64,000 bases of DNA from assembly GCA_965249575.1 (NCBI GenBank), contig OZ252244.1, forward strand, positions 1,312,001 to 1,376,000, given 5' to 3'. Numbering within the stretch: position 1 is the stretch's first letter; the number at the start of each line of letters is the position of its first letter. Source of the DNA: Gemmatimonadales bacterium (GTDB taxonomy: Bacteria; Gemmatimonadota; Gemmatimonadetes; Gemmatimonadales; GWC2-71-9). Below, piece after piece: positions 1-8,847 of this stretch. The translations under genes were made by a program, and so were the position numbers. A model generated the notes under the pieces. That model did not search any database. It was not told the DNA's origin and worked only from the letters and a program-made list of their open reading frames with translations.

Positions 1-426
1 GATGGCGCCGACGTCGGAATTCGGCCCGGCGGGGGTGAACTGAAAAGACTGCACGAAATAGTACCGGCCGCCCAGCTTGAAATAGGAGGGCCCGTAGGCG
101 CCGAGGCCGTAGTGCAACTCCGCGTTCTCGATCTCCCATGAGTAGATCACCTCGGCCCTCGCTGGGTCGGCGAGGTCGATGATGACGAAACCCGCCGGGT
201 GACCCGTACCTTGTAGCTCGGCGCCGTGAAACCGGGCGGCGTAGGCGTACGGCCGGGAACGCTCCTGTTCGACATCGACATCCAGAACCGTAAAGGGCTT
301 TCCAAGGGGCAGGTGCGAAAGGACGTGAACGTTCGAGCTGCTCTGTCGGCCAGGAGGGTGCTGGGCGGCGGTGGGAGTGGCCAGCAAGACAACAAAAGCA
401 GACAGAAGCGCCAATAGCCGGTTCAC
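1..426 (-). CDS. Secreted LVIVD-like beta-propeller family protein, paralog P0 (5' part; runs off window start)
   Basis: Not in ORF track. Manual translation from GTG at 426 (GGAGA RBS upstream) gives MNRLLALLSAFVVLLATPTAAQHPPGRQSSSNVHVLSHLPLG...VDVEQERSRPYAY, matching the N-termini of the other paralogs. Confidence 0.85.
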   Translation of the reverse strand, partial: MNRLLALLSAFVVLLATPTAAQHPPGRQSSSNVHVLSHLPLGKPFTVLDVDVEQERSRPYAYAARFHGAELQGTGHPAGFVIIDLADPARAEVIYSWEIENAELHYGLGAYGPSYFKLGGRYYFVQSFQFTPAGPNSDVGAI

Positions 427-439
427 ATAGTCTCCGATA

Positions 440-580
440 GTAGGGAGTCCACCCCACCTCCCCTCGTCCCGAGTAAGCAGCAAGCACACCCTACCGCTCC
501 ACTACCACGGAGGAAGGGGGGGTGGCCTCCTAACTGCTCACTCCTCACTCTGCGATGTAGGACGGGGACGGGCCTGTCGT
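440..580. repeat. Intergenic REP-like repeat cluster (C-rich tract + GAGTRAG[C/G]AG units, both orientations)
   Basis: ccaccccacctcccctcgtcccgagtaagcag (449-480) resembles ccaccccgcctctcaccgtcccaagtgagcag (2069-2100); actcctcactc...gggcct near the stop codon is shared with ~2155-2195 and ~62235-62272. Confidence 0.6.
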
Positions 581-1966
581 TCAGCTCACCCTCGCTGGCG
601 CCGGCGCGCCGTCCGGCCCGTTGTCCCAGTCCTGCGCACTCGAAATGTTCGGCATGCCCCACTGGTGACCGTTCCAGCCATCGAAGCCGTCCATTCTGAA
701 AGCCCAGAATCCCGTCACCTTATCGCTGATGACGATCAGGCCATCGGCGTTGCGGACATCGACTCCCCAGGCGCCATTCGCCACGCTTCCGGATCCGGCG
801 GGAAACGCCCCCCCGGGCGTCGTCGCTCCGGTTTTGTGTGGACATCCGCACGTGTAGAAGTAGCCCACCGTGTATGGATTGGTTGGGTCCATCATATTGA
901 ACGCGAAGAGCCCGTCCTCGTATCCGGACACGAAGACATAGGGCCAGCGAACCTCGTGGTTGTGAACTAGTGCCCGCCAATCGGCCGTCCACGCCCCGAT
1001 GGGCCTGGTAATCGACTGAACCTCCCCTTCGAGTCCGGGCTTCAAGTCGAACGTTCGCAGCGGCGCGTACTGGTACTCCGTTTCGGCGACTGCGTACCGG
1101 CCGTCGGGGGTCGGGGTGAAGGTATGACCTCGCGAGATCCCGGCGACTCCCATGATCGACGTGATCAACGCCGGCTCCTCCGGGCGGCTCACGTCGTAGA
1201 TGTGATACCCGCCCGAACCTGCTCCATAGAACTTGTCCTGCCGGGTGGCCGGATCGTAGCCGACATAGAAGTCGTGGTAGCTCGTCCGAGGGTCATAGGG
1301 ATTATCCGGTACTGGGACGCCACCGAGCAGTCCCTGTCCCGGGTCTCCTTGAAGGAGCCTACCCAGGTCGTAGATCTTCGCCTGGGGAGCGGAGGTCGCG
1401 AACAGCAGGGCCCTACCATCCGAGTGCTTGTACGCGAAGATGTTGTGGAATCCGTTGGGAACCTCCGGCACGCGAATGCGAGCCACCTCACGGACGGTCG
1501 TCGTATCGGGAAGGCCCGAGACGTCGACGACCACGGCCCCGACTTCGGCGTCAGGACCGCTCTGTCCGAACTGAAAGCCCTGCACGTAGTAGTAGCGTCC
1601 CCGGAGCTTGAAGTGCTTGCCATCCATTCCGCCCCGACCCTGATGGATTTCTGGGTCTCCGATGTCCCAGTTGTACAGAAGCCTGGCCCGCTCCGGGTCC
1701 ACCAGGCTGATAATGGCAAATCCATTGATGTCGAATCGGCGGCCCAGGTACGCATAGGGTCGAGACAGTTCTTGTTCGATCTCGATGTCCGTCACGTGGC
1801 CGTACCCACCCAGGGGGACGTGAGCGACGACGTGAACATTCGAGCTGCTTCCCGTCTTCTGCCCGGGGTGCAGTTGCTCCTGAGCGCCCCCGGTCGCCGG
1901 AACCAAGGCGAGGGCCGCGAGCACGGGCCCGATCATCACGTTTCGAAGTGTCAAGCATCGGTGCAT
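581..1966 (-). CDS. Secreted LVIVD-like beta-propeller family protein, paralog P1
   Basis: 461 aa; signal peptide; motifs IEQELSRPYAY, GFHNIFAYKHS, YHDFYVGYD, GHTFTPTPDGRY, HNHEVRWPY, C-terminal GWNGHQWGMPNISSAQDWDNGP. Confidence 0.85.
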   Translation of the reverse strand: MHRCLTLRNVMIGPVLAALALVPATGGAQEQLHPGQKTGSSSNVHVVAHVPLGGYGHVTDIEIEQELSRPYAYLGRRFDINGFAIISLVDPERARLLYNWDIGDPEIHQGRGGMDGKHFKLRGRYYYVQGFQFGQSGPDAEVGAVVVDVSGLPDTTTVREVARIRVPEVPNGFHNIFAYKHSDGRALLFATSAPQAKIYDLGRLLQGDPGQGLLGGVPVPDNPYDPRTSYHDFYVGYDPATRQDKFYGAGSGGYHIYDVSRPEEPALITSIMGVAGISRGHTFTPTPDGRYAVAETEYQYAPLRTFDLKPGLEGEVQSITRPIGAWTADWRALVHNHEVRWPYVFVSGYEDGLFAFNMMDPTNPYTVGYFYTCGCPHKTGATTPGGAFPAGSGSVANGAWGVDVRNADGLIVISDKVTGFWAFRMDGFDGWNGHQWGMPNISSAQDWDNGPDGAPAPARVS

Positions 1967-1984
1967 TGCGAAAACCCTCCTTCA

Positions 1985-2198
1985 GTGAGGCCGCCCCCGC
2001 CCTCGCTCCCGCCCCGCTTTGGTGAGCAGCGGGCAGGCCGACCCTCGCGCCCCCTGCCAGTGGGCAGACCACCCCGCCTCTCACCGTCCCAAGTGAGCAG
2101 GCCCACCGAAACTGCTACCGCCGAGGAACGAGTGGAGGTGAGAGTTCTTGCCGCCTACTCCTCGCTCGGTGGTGCGGTCTCGGGTTAGGGCCTGCGGT
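1985..2198. repeat. Intergenic REP-like repeat cluster (about three direct units plus an inverted unit)
   Basis: Units aggcc...ggtgagcag, aggcc...agtgggcag, accacccc...agtgagcag; homologous to the 440-580 spacer. Confidence 0.6.
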
Positions 2199-3572
2199 TC
2201 AGCTCACCCTGGCCGGCGGCGCCCCATCCGGGCCGTTATCCCAGTCCTGCACGCTGGAGATATTTGGCATTCCCCACTGGTGACCGTTCCACCCGTCGAA
2301 ACCGTCCATCTTGAACGCCCAGAAGCCCGTGTACATGTCGGCGGTGACTATCAAACCGTCGGCATTACGCACATCGATCCCGAACGACCCGTTGCTGACG
2401 CCGCCCTGACCCGGAGGGGCCTTCGGCTCGAACGGGTTCGACTTGTCGATCTCGTTGGGACCATCGTACGTATCGTAGAAGCCAACTGTGTACGGGCTGG
2501 TAGGATCCATCATGTTGAAGACCTGCATACCATCTTCGTATGCGGAGACGAACACGTACGGCCAGCGAACTTCCGTGTTGTGCGGCAGGCCCTTCCAACG
2601 CATTGTCCACGCGCCGATGGGCCGGGACACGGTTTCGACCTCTCCGTCCAAGCCAGGCTTCATGTCGAAGATCCGTAGCGGAGCGTACTGGTACTCGGTC
2701 TCCGCGACGCCGTACCGCCCGTCGGGAGTGGGGGTGAAGGTGTGCCCGCGGGCCATGCCCGCCGCTCCGGTGATGGACGTCACGAGCCTCGGCTGTGTGA
2801 TGTCGGTGACGTCGAAGACGTAATAACCACCGGCGCCCGCACCATACAGGCGATCCTGGCGGCTGGCGGGATCGTAGCCGACGTAGAAATCGTGGTAGCC
2901 GCGGTCGGTCGATGTCGATGGCTTGGGGATCCGTGTAACCAGTCCATGTTCCGGGTCGTTAGACAGGAACCTCTCGAGATCGTACACGTTCCCATGCGGC
3001 CCGCTCGTAGTCGTAACGAGGTACGCCCGGCCGGTCGAGTGCTTGTAGGCAAAAATGTTGTGGAAGCCACCGGGCGTATCCGGAGCCCTGACCCGGCCGA
3101 CCTCCCGGATGGTCGTGGTGTCTGGCAGGCCCGTCACGTCGAATACGATGGCGCCGACATCCGAATCCGCCCCCCCCTGCCGGAATTCGAAGGACTGGGC
3201 CGTGTAGTACCGCCCGTCGATCTTGAAGTATTTGTTGTCCCGCGCTCCGCCCTCGTGCAGCTCGGGTTCCTCGATGACCCACGAGTAGATGTGCTTTGAG
3301 CTCGACGGCTCTTTTACATCGATGATGTAAAACCCATAGGTCGAGCGTCCGGACACGTACACGAAGGGTCGCGCCAGCTCCTGCTCGATCTCGAGGTCGT
3401 TGGCGTTGAAAGGCCCTCCCAAGGGAATGTGCGACATGATCTTGATATTCCGGCTGCCTTGCTCGCCGGGGCCGAGGTCACCACCGGGGTGGAACTGCGC
3501 ATCTGCTGTGGACACCGCGCTGGCAAAGACCAGGAGCCCGAGCGCGGCAGCCGCTAGGATTCGATCCTTCAT
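2199..3572 (-). CDS. Secreted LVIVD-like beta-propeller family protein, paralog P2
   Basis: Start re-assigned to MKDRILAAAALG (GGAGG RBS); same conserved motifs as P1. Confidence 0.85.
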   Translation of the reverse strand: MKDRILAAAALGLLVFASAVSTADAQFHPGGDLGPGEQGSRNIKIMSHIPLGGPFNANDLEIEQELARPFVYVSGRSTYGFYIIDVKEPSSSKHIYSWVIEEPELHEGGARDNKYFKIDGRYYTAQSFEFRQGGADSDVGAIVFDVTGLPDTTTIREVGRVRAPDTPGGFHNIFAYKHSTGRAYLVTTTSGPHGNVYDLERFLSNDPEHGLVTRIPKPSTSTDRGYHDFYVGYDPASRQDRLYGAGAGGYYVFDVTDITQPRLVTSITGAAGMARGHTFTPTPDGRYGVAETEYQYAPLRIFDMKPGLDGEVETVSRPIGAWTMRWKGLPHNTEVRWPYVFVSAYEDGMQVFNMMDPTSPYTVGFYDTYDGPNEIDKSNPFEPKAPPGQGGVSNGSFGIDVRNADGLIVTADMYTGFWAFKMDGFDGWNGHQWGMPNISSVQDWDNGPDGAPPARVS

Positions 3573-3701
3573 TGTCCAACCTCCCGATATTCTGGCTCGT
3601 CGAGCCTGTGCACCCTCAACGCAATACGCCATCATCTAATATCCGCCTCCGTCGAGCCCTTGTCACCCATCCCCGGCGGCTGACGAATGCGCTCGAATCA
3701 G

Positions 3702-5240
3702 TCACTCCGGCGCGGGCCCGGGGAACCGTTCCCGCAGGAGCGTCTTCTGCGCTTTGCCGGTCGGGGTCCGTGGGATCTCGTCTACGAACTCGATGGCCTT
3801 GGGAACCTTGTAGCCCGCGAGCCGCTCCCGGCAGTGAGCGGTGAGATCGCCCGCCGTTGGGCGCTCACCCTCGGCGACGGCCACGATCGCGACCGGGGAT
3901 TCCCCCCACTTCGCCGAGAGTTGGCCGATCACGGCGACATCCCGGAGCATCGGGTGCTCAAGCAGCGCGTCTTCGATCTCAGCGGGGTCGATGTTCTCGC
4001 CGCCAGAGATGATCAGGTCTTTCTTTCGTCCCTGGACGAAGAAGTACCCTTCGGGATCCCTTGATGCCAGATCGCCCGTGTAGAACCATCCGTCTCGTAT
4101 GGCCTCGGCCGTGGCATCGGGCCAGCTCCAGTACCCCGTTGTCACGTGCCTGCCCCGAACGATGATCTCTCCCGTGTGTCCGGTCGACACGTCACGGCCC
4201 GCCCCATTCACCAGACGAACGTCAGTAAAAAAGAAGGGCTTCCCGACCGATCCGGCTTTGGACACCGCGTCTTCGGGGCTAACGATTGTTACCGGGCCGC
4301 ACTCAGTGGAACCGTAGTCCTGGAGGATGACGACCCCGAGCTCGGCGTAGCGCTCGACAATCGACGCCGACAGCGATTCGCCGCCTCCGATGATCCACCG
4401 CACCGTCGAGAATTGCCGCCTCGATAAACCGGTATGGCCGAGGAGCAACCGGAGGATCGACGTGACGAGCATTGTCGCATTGATTCGCTCCCGTTCGAAG
4501 GCCCCGAGCACGCGCGCCGCATCGAAACGTCGTAGGAGCACCGATGTACCCCCACGGTGGAGAATGGCGGTAATCGGCAGGAGCGCGCCAATATGAAAGA
4601 ATGGGAGCGCGACCAAGTCGCGGTCACGATACCGCATGTCACAGGTCATGTTCATCACGATTGACGCCCACGTCATCGTTTCGTGCGTGTGCATTACCCC
4701 CTTTGGACGGCCCGTCGTACCGGACGTATACATGATGAACAACAGTTCGTCCCCGCCTGCCTGGTCGAGGGGCGTGTCGCCACTCGCCGACCCGAAACCC
4801 TCGTAATCCACCGCGTCGGGCGTTGGGGTGCTCCCGTGCCCTACCCGCACCAACGTCACCACCGGAAGGGCCCCGCCCCTCAGGACTGTTACCGAATCGT
4901 CGAACTCGGAATCGTAAATCAACAGTCTCGCGCCCGAGTCGTTCAACACGAACTCGAGCTCGGCGGGGAGGAGGCGCCAGTTGAGGGGGACCATGACGGC
5001 GCCGATTCTCGCAATCGCGAAGTAGCACTCCATGCATTCCACGCCGTTCCTGAGGAGGAGCGCTACTCGGTCGCCGGTCCGGACACCGGCCGACCAGAGC
5101 GCGTGTGCCACGCGTGTGGCCGCTGCGTCGAGCTCCGCATAGGTGACGCGACGACCCGTTTCCACTTCGGCGACCGCTTCGAGGCCGGGTCCGCGCCCGG
5201 CACGTCTCGCCAGCAGCGCACCGATGTTGAGGGGGGGCAT
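3702..5240 (-). CDS. Acyl-CoA synthetase / long-chain fatty-acid-CoA ligase
   Basis: AMP-binding motif YTSGTTGRPKG, YGSTE, GWFYTGDLA, GRKKDLIISGGENI, PRTPTGK. Confidence 0.9.
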   Translation of the reverse strand: MPPLNIGALLARRAGRGPGLEAVAEVETGRRVTYAELDAAATRVAHALWSAGVRTGDRVALLLRNGVECMECYFAIARIGAVMVPLNWRLLPAELEFVLNDSGARLLIYDSEFDDSVTVLRGGALPVVTLVRVGHGSTPTPDAVDYEGFGSASGDTPLDQAGGDELLFIMYTSGTTGRPKGVMHTHETMTWASIVMNMTCDMRYRDRDLVALPFFHIGALLPITAILHRGGTSVLLRRFDAARVLGAFERERINATMLVTSILRLLLGHTGLSRRQFSTVRWIIGGGESLSASIVERYAELGVVILQDYGSTECGPVTIVSPEDAVSKAGSVGKPFFFTDVRLVNGAGRDVSTGHTGEIIVRGRHVTTGYWSWPDATAEAIRDGWFYTGDLASRDPEGYFFVQGRKKDLIISGGENIDPAEIEDALLEHPMLRDVAVIGQLSAKWGESPVAIVAVAEGERPTAGDLTAHCRERLAGYKVPKAIEFVDEIPRTPTGKAQKTLLRERFPGPAPE

Positions 5241-5243
5241 GGG

Positions 5244-6050
5244 CTACTCCAGGCCGAACTGCTCCCGCATCGCCGCGTCGCGGAGCACCTCGAGCTGGAG
5301 GTTGCTTTCGAATTCGCTGGCGTCCCCGAGGGACAGCGTCGCGGTATAGGCCCGAAACTGGCTCTTGGTCAGCTGGAGCACGCCTTCGGGCTTATCGGCC
5401 AGCCGCTTCGCCCACTCGCGAACCGCGCCATCGATTTGATCCGAGGGGGCTACGAGATTCACGAGTCCATACCGCTCGGCCCGCGCGGCATCGAACCGGT
5501 CGGATAGGTAGACCAGCTCTCGCGCGCGCACGATCCCCACCTCGGCAATCAGGCGAGGCACGCCTCTCCAGTTGAGGGTATCACCGAGGTCGAGCTCGGG
5601 AATGGCGAAGACCGTGTCGTCGGCAACGATTCGGAGGTCGCAGGCGAGGGCTAGCAGAAGCCCTCCTCCGATGGCGTGGCCGTGCACTCGCGCGATGGTA
5701 AGAGCATCCAGTCGCTCGATTGCCTCGAGGGCTCGGGTGCCGAGGTTGGCCAGCCAACGACGCTCGCGGGGAGTCACTCCCGATGGAGCGGCCATTCTTT
5801 CGAGCCCCGGGGGTTGCTTGACATCCGCTCCCGCGCAGAAGCTTCGGCCACGGCCCCCCAACACGACGACGCGGGTCTCATACTCCGTCTGCACCCAGCG
5901 GAAAACCTGCTCGATCTCTTCGAGCAGGACTTGATTCAGGGCGTTCCGCTGTTTTGGGCGATCGAGCCATACCCACGTTACCGGGCCGTCCCGCTCGACG
6001 CTCAGCGTCTCCCACTCTGGCATCTTCGATGAGACGTCAGGCCTTGGCAC
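5244..6050 (-). CDS. Enoyl-CoA hydratase/isomerase family protein
   Basis: FCAGAD, ARVHGHAIGGGLLLALACDLRI crotonase motifs. Confidence 0.9.
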   Translation of the reverse strand: MPRPDVSSKMPEWETLSVERDGPVTWVWLDRPKQRNALNQVLLEEIEQVFRWVQTEYETRVVVLGGRGRSFCAGADVKQPPGLERMAAPSGVTPRERRWLANLGTRALEAIERLDALTIARVHGHAIGGGLLLALACDLRIVADDTVFAIPELDLGDTLNWRGVPRLIAEVGIVRARELVYLSDRFDAARAERYGLVNLVAPSDQIDGAVREWAKRLADKPEGVLQLTKSQFRAYTATLSLGDASEFESNLQLEVLRDAAMREQFGLE

Positions 6051-6102
6051 GGTCAGACCTCCATCGTCCGGCCGCCGGCTACATTCCCCCCGCCACTATC
6101 CG

Positions 6103-6405
6103 TCACGGAATCACCGGCAGCACGATATGCGACGGGTACTCACGACTGTGATGTAGGGTATTCTCGGCGACGACCCACTCTATCTCGTCGTAGTTGTTGC
6201 CGCCCGTATTCAGGTTTCGATCGAAACGCGGGAAGTTGCTGCTACTCACCTCAAGCCGGATGCGGTGCCCGGGCCCGAAGTAGTTGCCCGTCGCATGGAG
6301 GTTGACCCTCACGTCGTAGACCTCACCCGGTTCCATCCAGACCCGTTTTTCGTAAGCTTCGCGATACCGCGCCCGAAAGATCCCATCCAGTACGTTGAAA
6401 GCCCG
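6103..6405 (-). pseudogene. C-terminal fragment of CocE/NonD family hydrolase
   Basis: [14 protein letters not shown]...[24 protein letters not shown]...[10 protein letters not shown]-terminal part absent, replaced by the upstream oxidoreductase. Confidence 0.8.
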
Positions 6406-7895
6406 TCGCCAACGAACATCGACTGCCTGAGGTTGCAGGCGAAACCGAACCCTTCGAACCAACGGCACGACGTCACGCCAAGGTCGTACATTGCCCGCCA
6501 GTTGGTCAGCGCGACGTTTGCAACCAGCATGGGGACGTGCTGAAACCGGCGATAGGCCGCGTGGTAATCCTCGGGTAGATCCCGAACGACGTAGCGATTG
6601 ATCCACCCACCCGAGGCCATGATCACCGCCCGGGCTCTCACGCGGTGGACGGCCCCGTCCTTCACGTACGTGACCCATACGTACTCCCCGGCCGTAGGCG
6701 CGCCGTCGTGTTCGACACGCACTACCGTAGCACTCAAGCGCATGCGAACCGGGCTCCCGACGCGATCCAACGCATCGAAATTGACCGGGCGGTTGACGAT
6801 GTCCTCGAAGGTTCGAGCGCCCCCGAGCGCGTCTGGAATCAGTGTGTTCACGAAGTAGCGGATCGTCACCGTGTTGCCGCCCGGGAAGGACAGCCAGGGA
6901 AGGTTCCAGTAATCGCCGGATGGGGCGCCCGGGAAACCGGGCACGGCGGCACTGTAGCCGGCGTAAGCCGAAAGGGCGTCACACCCCAGGCCCAACCCCG
7001 ACGCGAGAATCGGATTCAAGAATTCCGTGACTCGCGGATTCAACTTCATGACCTTCTCGAGGTAATCCTTGCAGCTCATGGAATCGAGCCAGCGCTCGAT
7101 ACCATCTCCCTGGTAGTACTCACCGCTGCTCGCTCGCCAAGAACGCAGATCGCGCTTCACACTCCCGGGATAGGGCGTCCCCTCGAGATCTTTCCCCCAC
7201 ATGTCGAGCACCCAGCCGGGGGCGACACCATGAGACCGGTCGTCGAAAAAATATCCGTTGCTGGGTTGGCGGTCGATCCACAGCATGAAGCTGTAGTTGT
7301 CCCGGTAGAAGCTCAGGGGCTTGAATTTCGACGCCCAGGGCGCCCACTCGAACTCCCGGGGTAACCCGAGCTCCGTGTACTCCTCATAGCTCGCCTCCTT
7401 CGGTCCGGGAACTCGGAATACGTTCGAGCTCTGGGGGCCAATCAGCCTCTGCCCATTGACCACGAACTCGTTCCGTTTTGCCTCACCGCCGAAGATTGGA
7501 TGGTTGTCCAGCACTAAGCACCGCCCGTCCGGGCGCGCCTTTCGGAATTCGAACGCCGCTCCCAAGCCGGCAAACCCACCGCCAACAATCGCCAAATCGT
7601 AGATCTCGCCAGTGTCCCGAGCCGCGGCGGGAAGACGATCGTACGCGCCATCACGAACCCGGTGAGCGACGTCGACGACCTCGGGCGTGTTTCCGTGCGA
7701 AGGTGCGTAGTCCCCAACCCCACCGTAGCCATACCAATCGTCCTGCTGCCGGGGTCGGTGGGACGGTGCAGGGAGGTCGAGCAGCAGCGCGCCACTCCCG
7801 ATGAGGGTGGCGTTTAAGAAGTCCCGCCGCGTGATGGAATGATGCAGACCAAGCGCGTGGTCGGACGTGGCGTTCGAGCGTCCGCCCTTAGACAT
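6406..7895 (-). CDS. FAD-dependent oxidoreductase, spermidine dehydrogenase (SpdH)-like, C-terminally truncated
   Basis: TRRDFL Tat-like motif, [33 protein letters not shown]; resemblance appears to end at QSMFVGD where CocE sequence begins. Confidence 0.75.
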
Positions 7896-7945
7896 CAGCG
7901 CTCCGTGCCGGGGTCGTCGTCATTCCGGCTGCACATCCATTCGGG

Positions 7946-8731
7946 TCACTCGCCGCGAAACACCGGTTTCCGCTTCTCCGCGAACGCTTGGGGCCCCTCC
8001 GTGTGGTCGGCAGAAGCCAACATCCGTTCGTACGTCGGGAACCGGCCGTCACGGATCGCCTCAAACGCCTCCCGTACGCTCAGAGTCTCGATCCCGCGCA
8101 CGACCTCCTTGATCGCCTGTAGGGAAAGCGGCGCGCAATTCGCCAGGTGGTCCGCCATCTCACGCGCTCTGGACATCAACCGGTCTCCCGGCAGGATGGC
8201 GTTGACGAGACCGAACCCGTTCGCCTCCCGCGCGTCCATCCGCCGACCCGTGAGCAGGAGATCCATGGCGATGTGATAAGGGAGCCGTCTGGGGAGCCTT
8301 TGCACGCCACCTGCATCCGCCATATTGCCGAGTGACGTTTCCGGCAGCATGAACTCCACGTGCTCCGCAGCAAGGATCAGGTCGCACGCCAGCGCGAGCT
8401 CCGCGCCGCCACCAACTGCCATACCGTTGACCGCAGCGATCACAGGCTTGTTCAGATCCCAGAGCTCGGTCAGACCGGCGAACCCGCCCGGCCCGTAGTC
8501 CATCCGCTCGTGCTCCCCTTCAGCGGCCGCTTTGAGGTCCCAGCCCGCCGAGAAGAACTTGCCGCCAGCACCGGTAACGATCGCAACGCGCAACGTGGGG
8601 TCGTCGCGAAAGGCGACAAACGCGGCCCCCATGTCCCGACTGGTCGCCACGTCGATCGCATTCGCCTTGGGACGGTCGAGCGTGACCTCCAGGACCGGCC
8701 CACGCCGCTCGATGTAGAGACTGGTAGGCAT
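7946..8731 (-). CDS. Crotonase family protein, carnitinyl-CoA dehydratase (CaiD)-like
   Basis: LDRPKANAID, FFSAGWDLKAAAEGE, DYGPGGFAGLTE, KPVIAAVNG. Confidence 0.85.
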   Translation of the reverse strand: MPTSLYIERRGPVLEVTLDRPKANAIDVATSRDMGAAFVAFRDDPTLRVAIVTGAGGKFFSAGWDLKAAAEGEHERMDYGPGGFAGLTELWDLNKPVIAAVNGMAVGGGAELALACDLILAAEHVEFMLPETSLGNMADAGGVQRLPRRLPYHIAMDLLLTGRRMDAREANGFGLVNAILPGDRLMSRAREMADHLANCAPLSLQAIKEVVRGIETLSVREAFEAIRDGRFPTYERMLASADHTEGPQAFAEKRKPVFRGE

Positions 8732-8741
8732 GGGATGAATC

Positions 8742-8847
8742 AGTGAGAGGCGAGAGGTGAGAGGTAATTGGCCAGTCGCGATGCCTCGTGGGGAAAGACC
8801 CCACGTGACTTCTCACCACTCACCACTCACCTCTCTCTCACCACTCG
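8742..8847. repeat. Inverted heptamer arrays flanking a hairpin (possible terminator-like element)
   Basis: GTGAGAG-like units on the left, CTCACCA-like units on the right, central cgtggggaaagaccccacg. Confidence 0.6.

Noticed and set aside
1124..2188. Long plus-strand ORFs opposite the paralogs (also 8929-10008, 12273-13130, 20181-21599, 62821-63609)
   Set aside because: Antisense shadows expected from high-GC codon bias; no recognisable motifs
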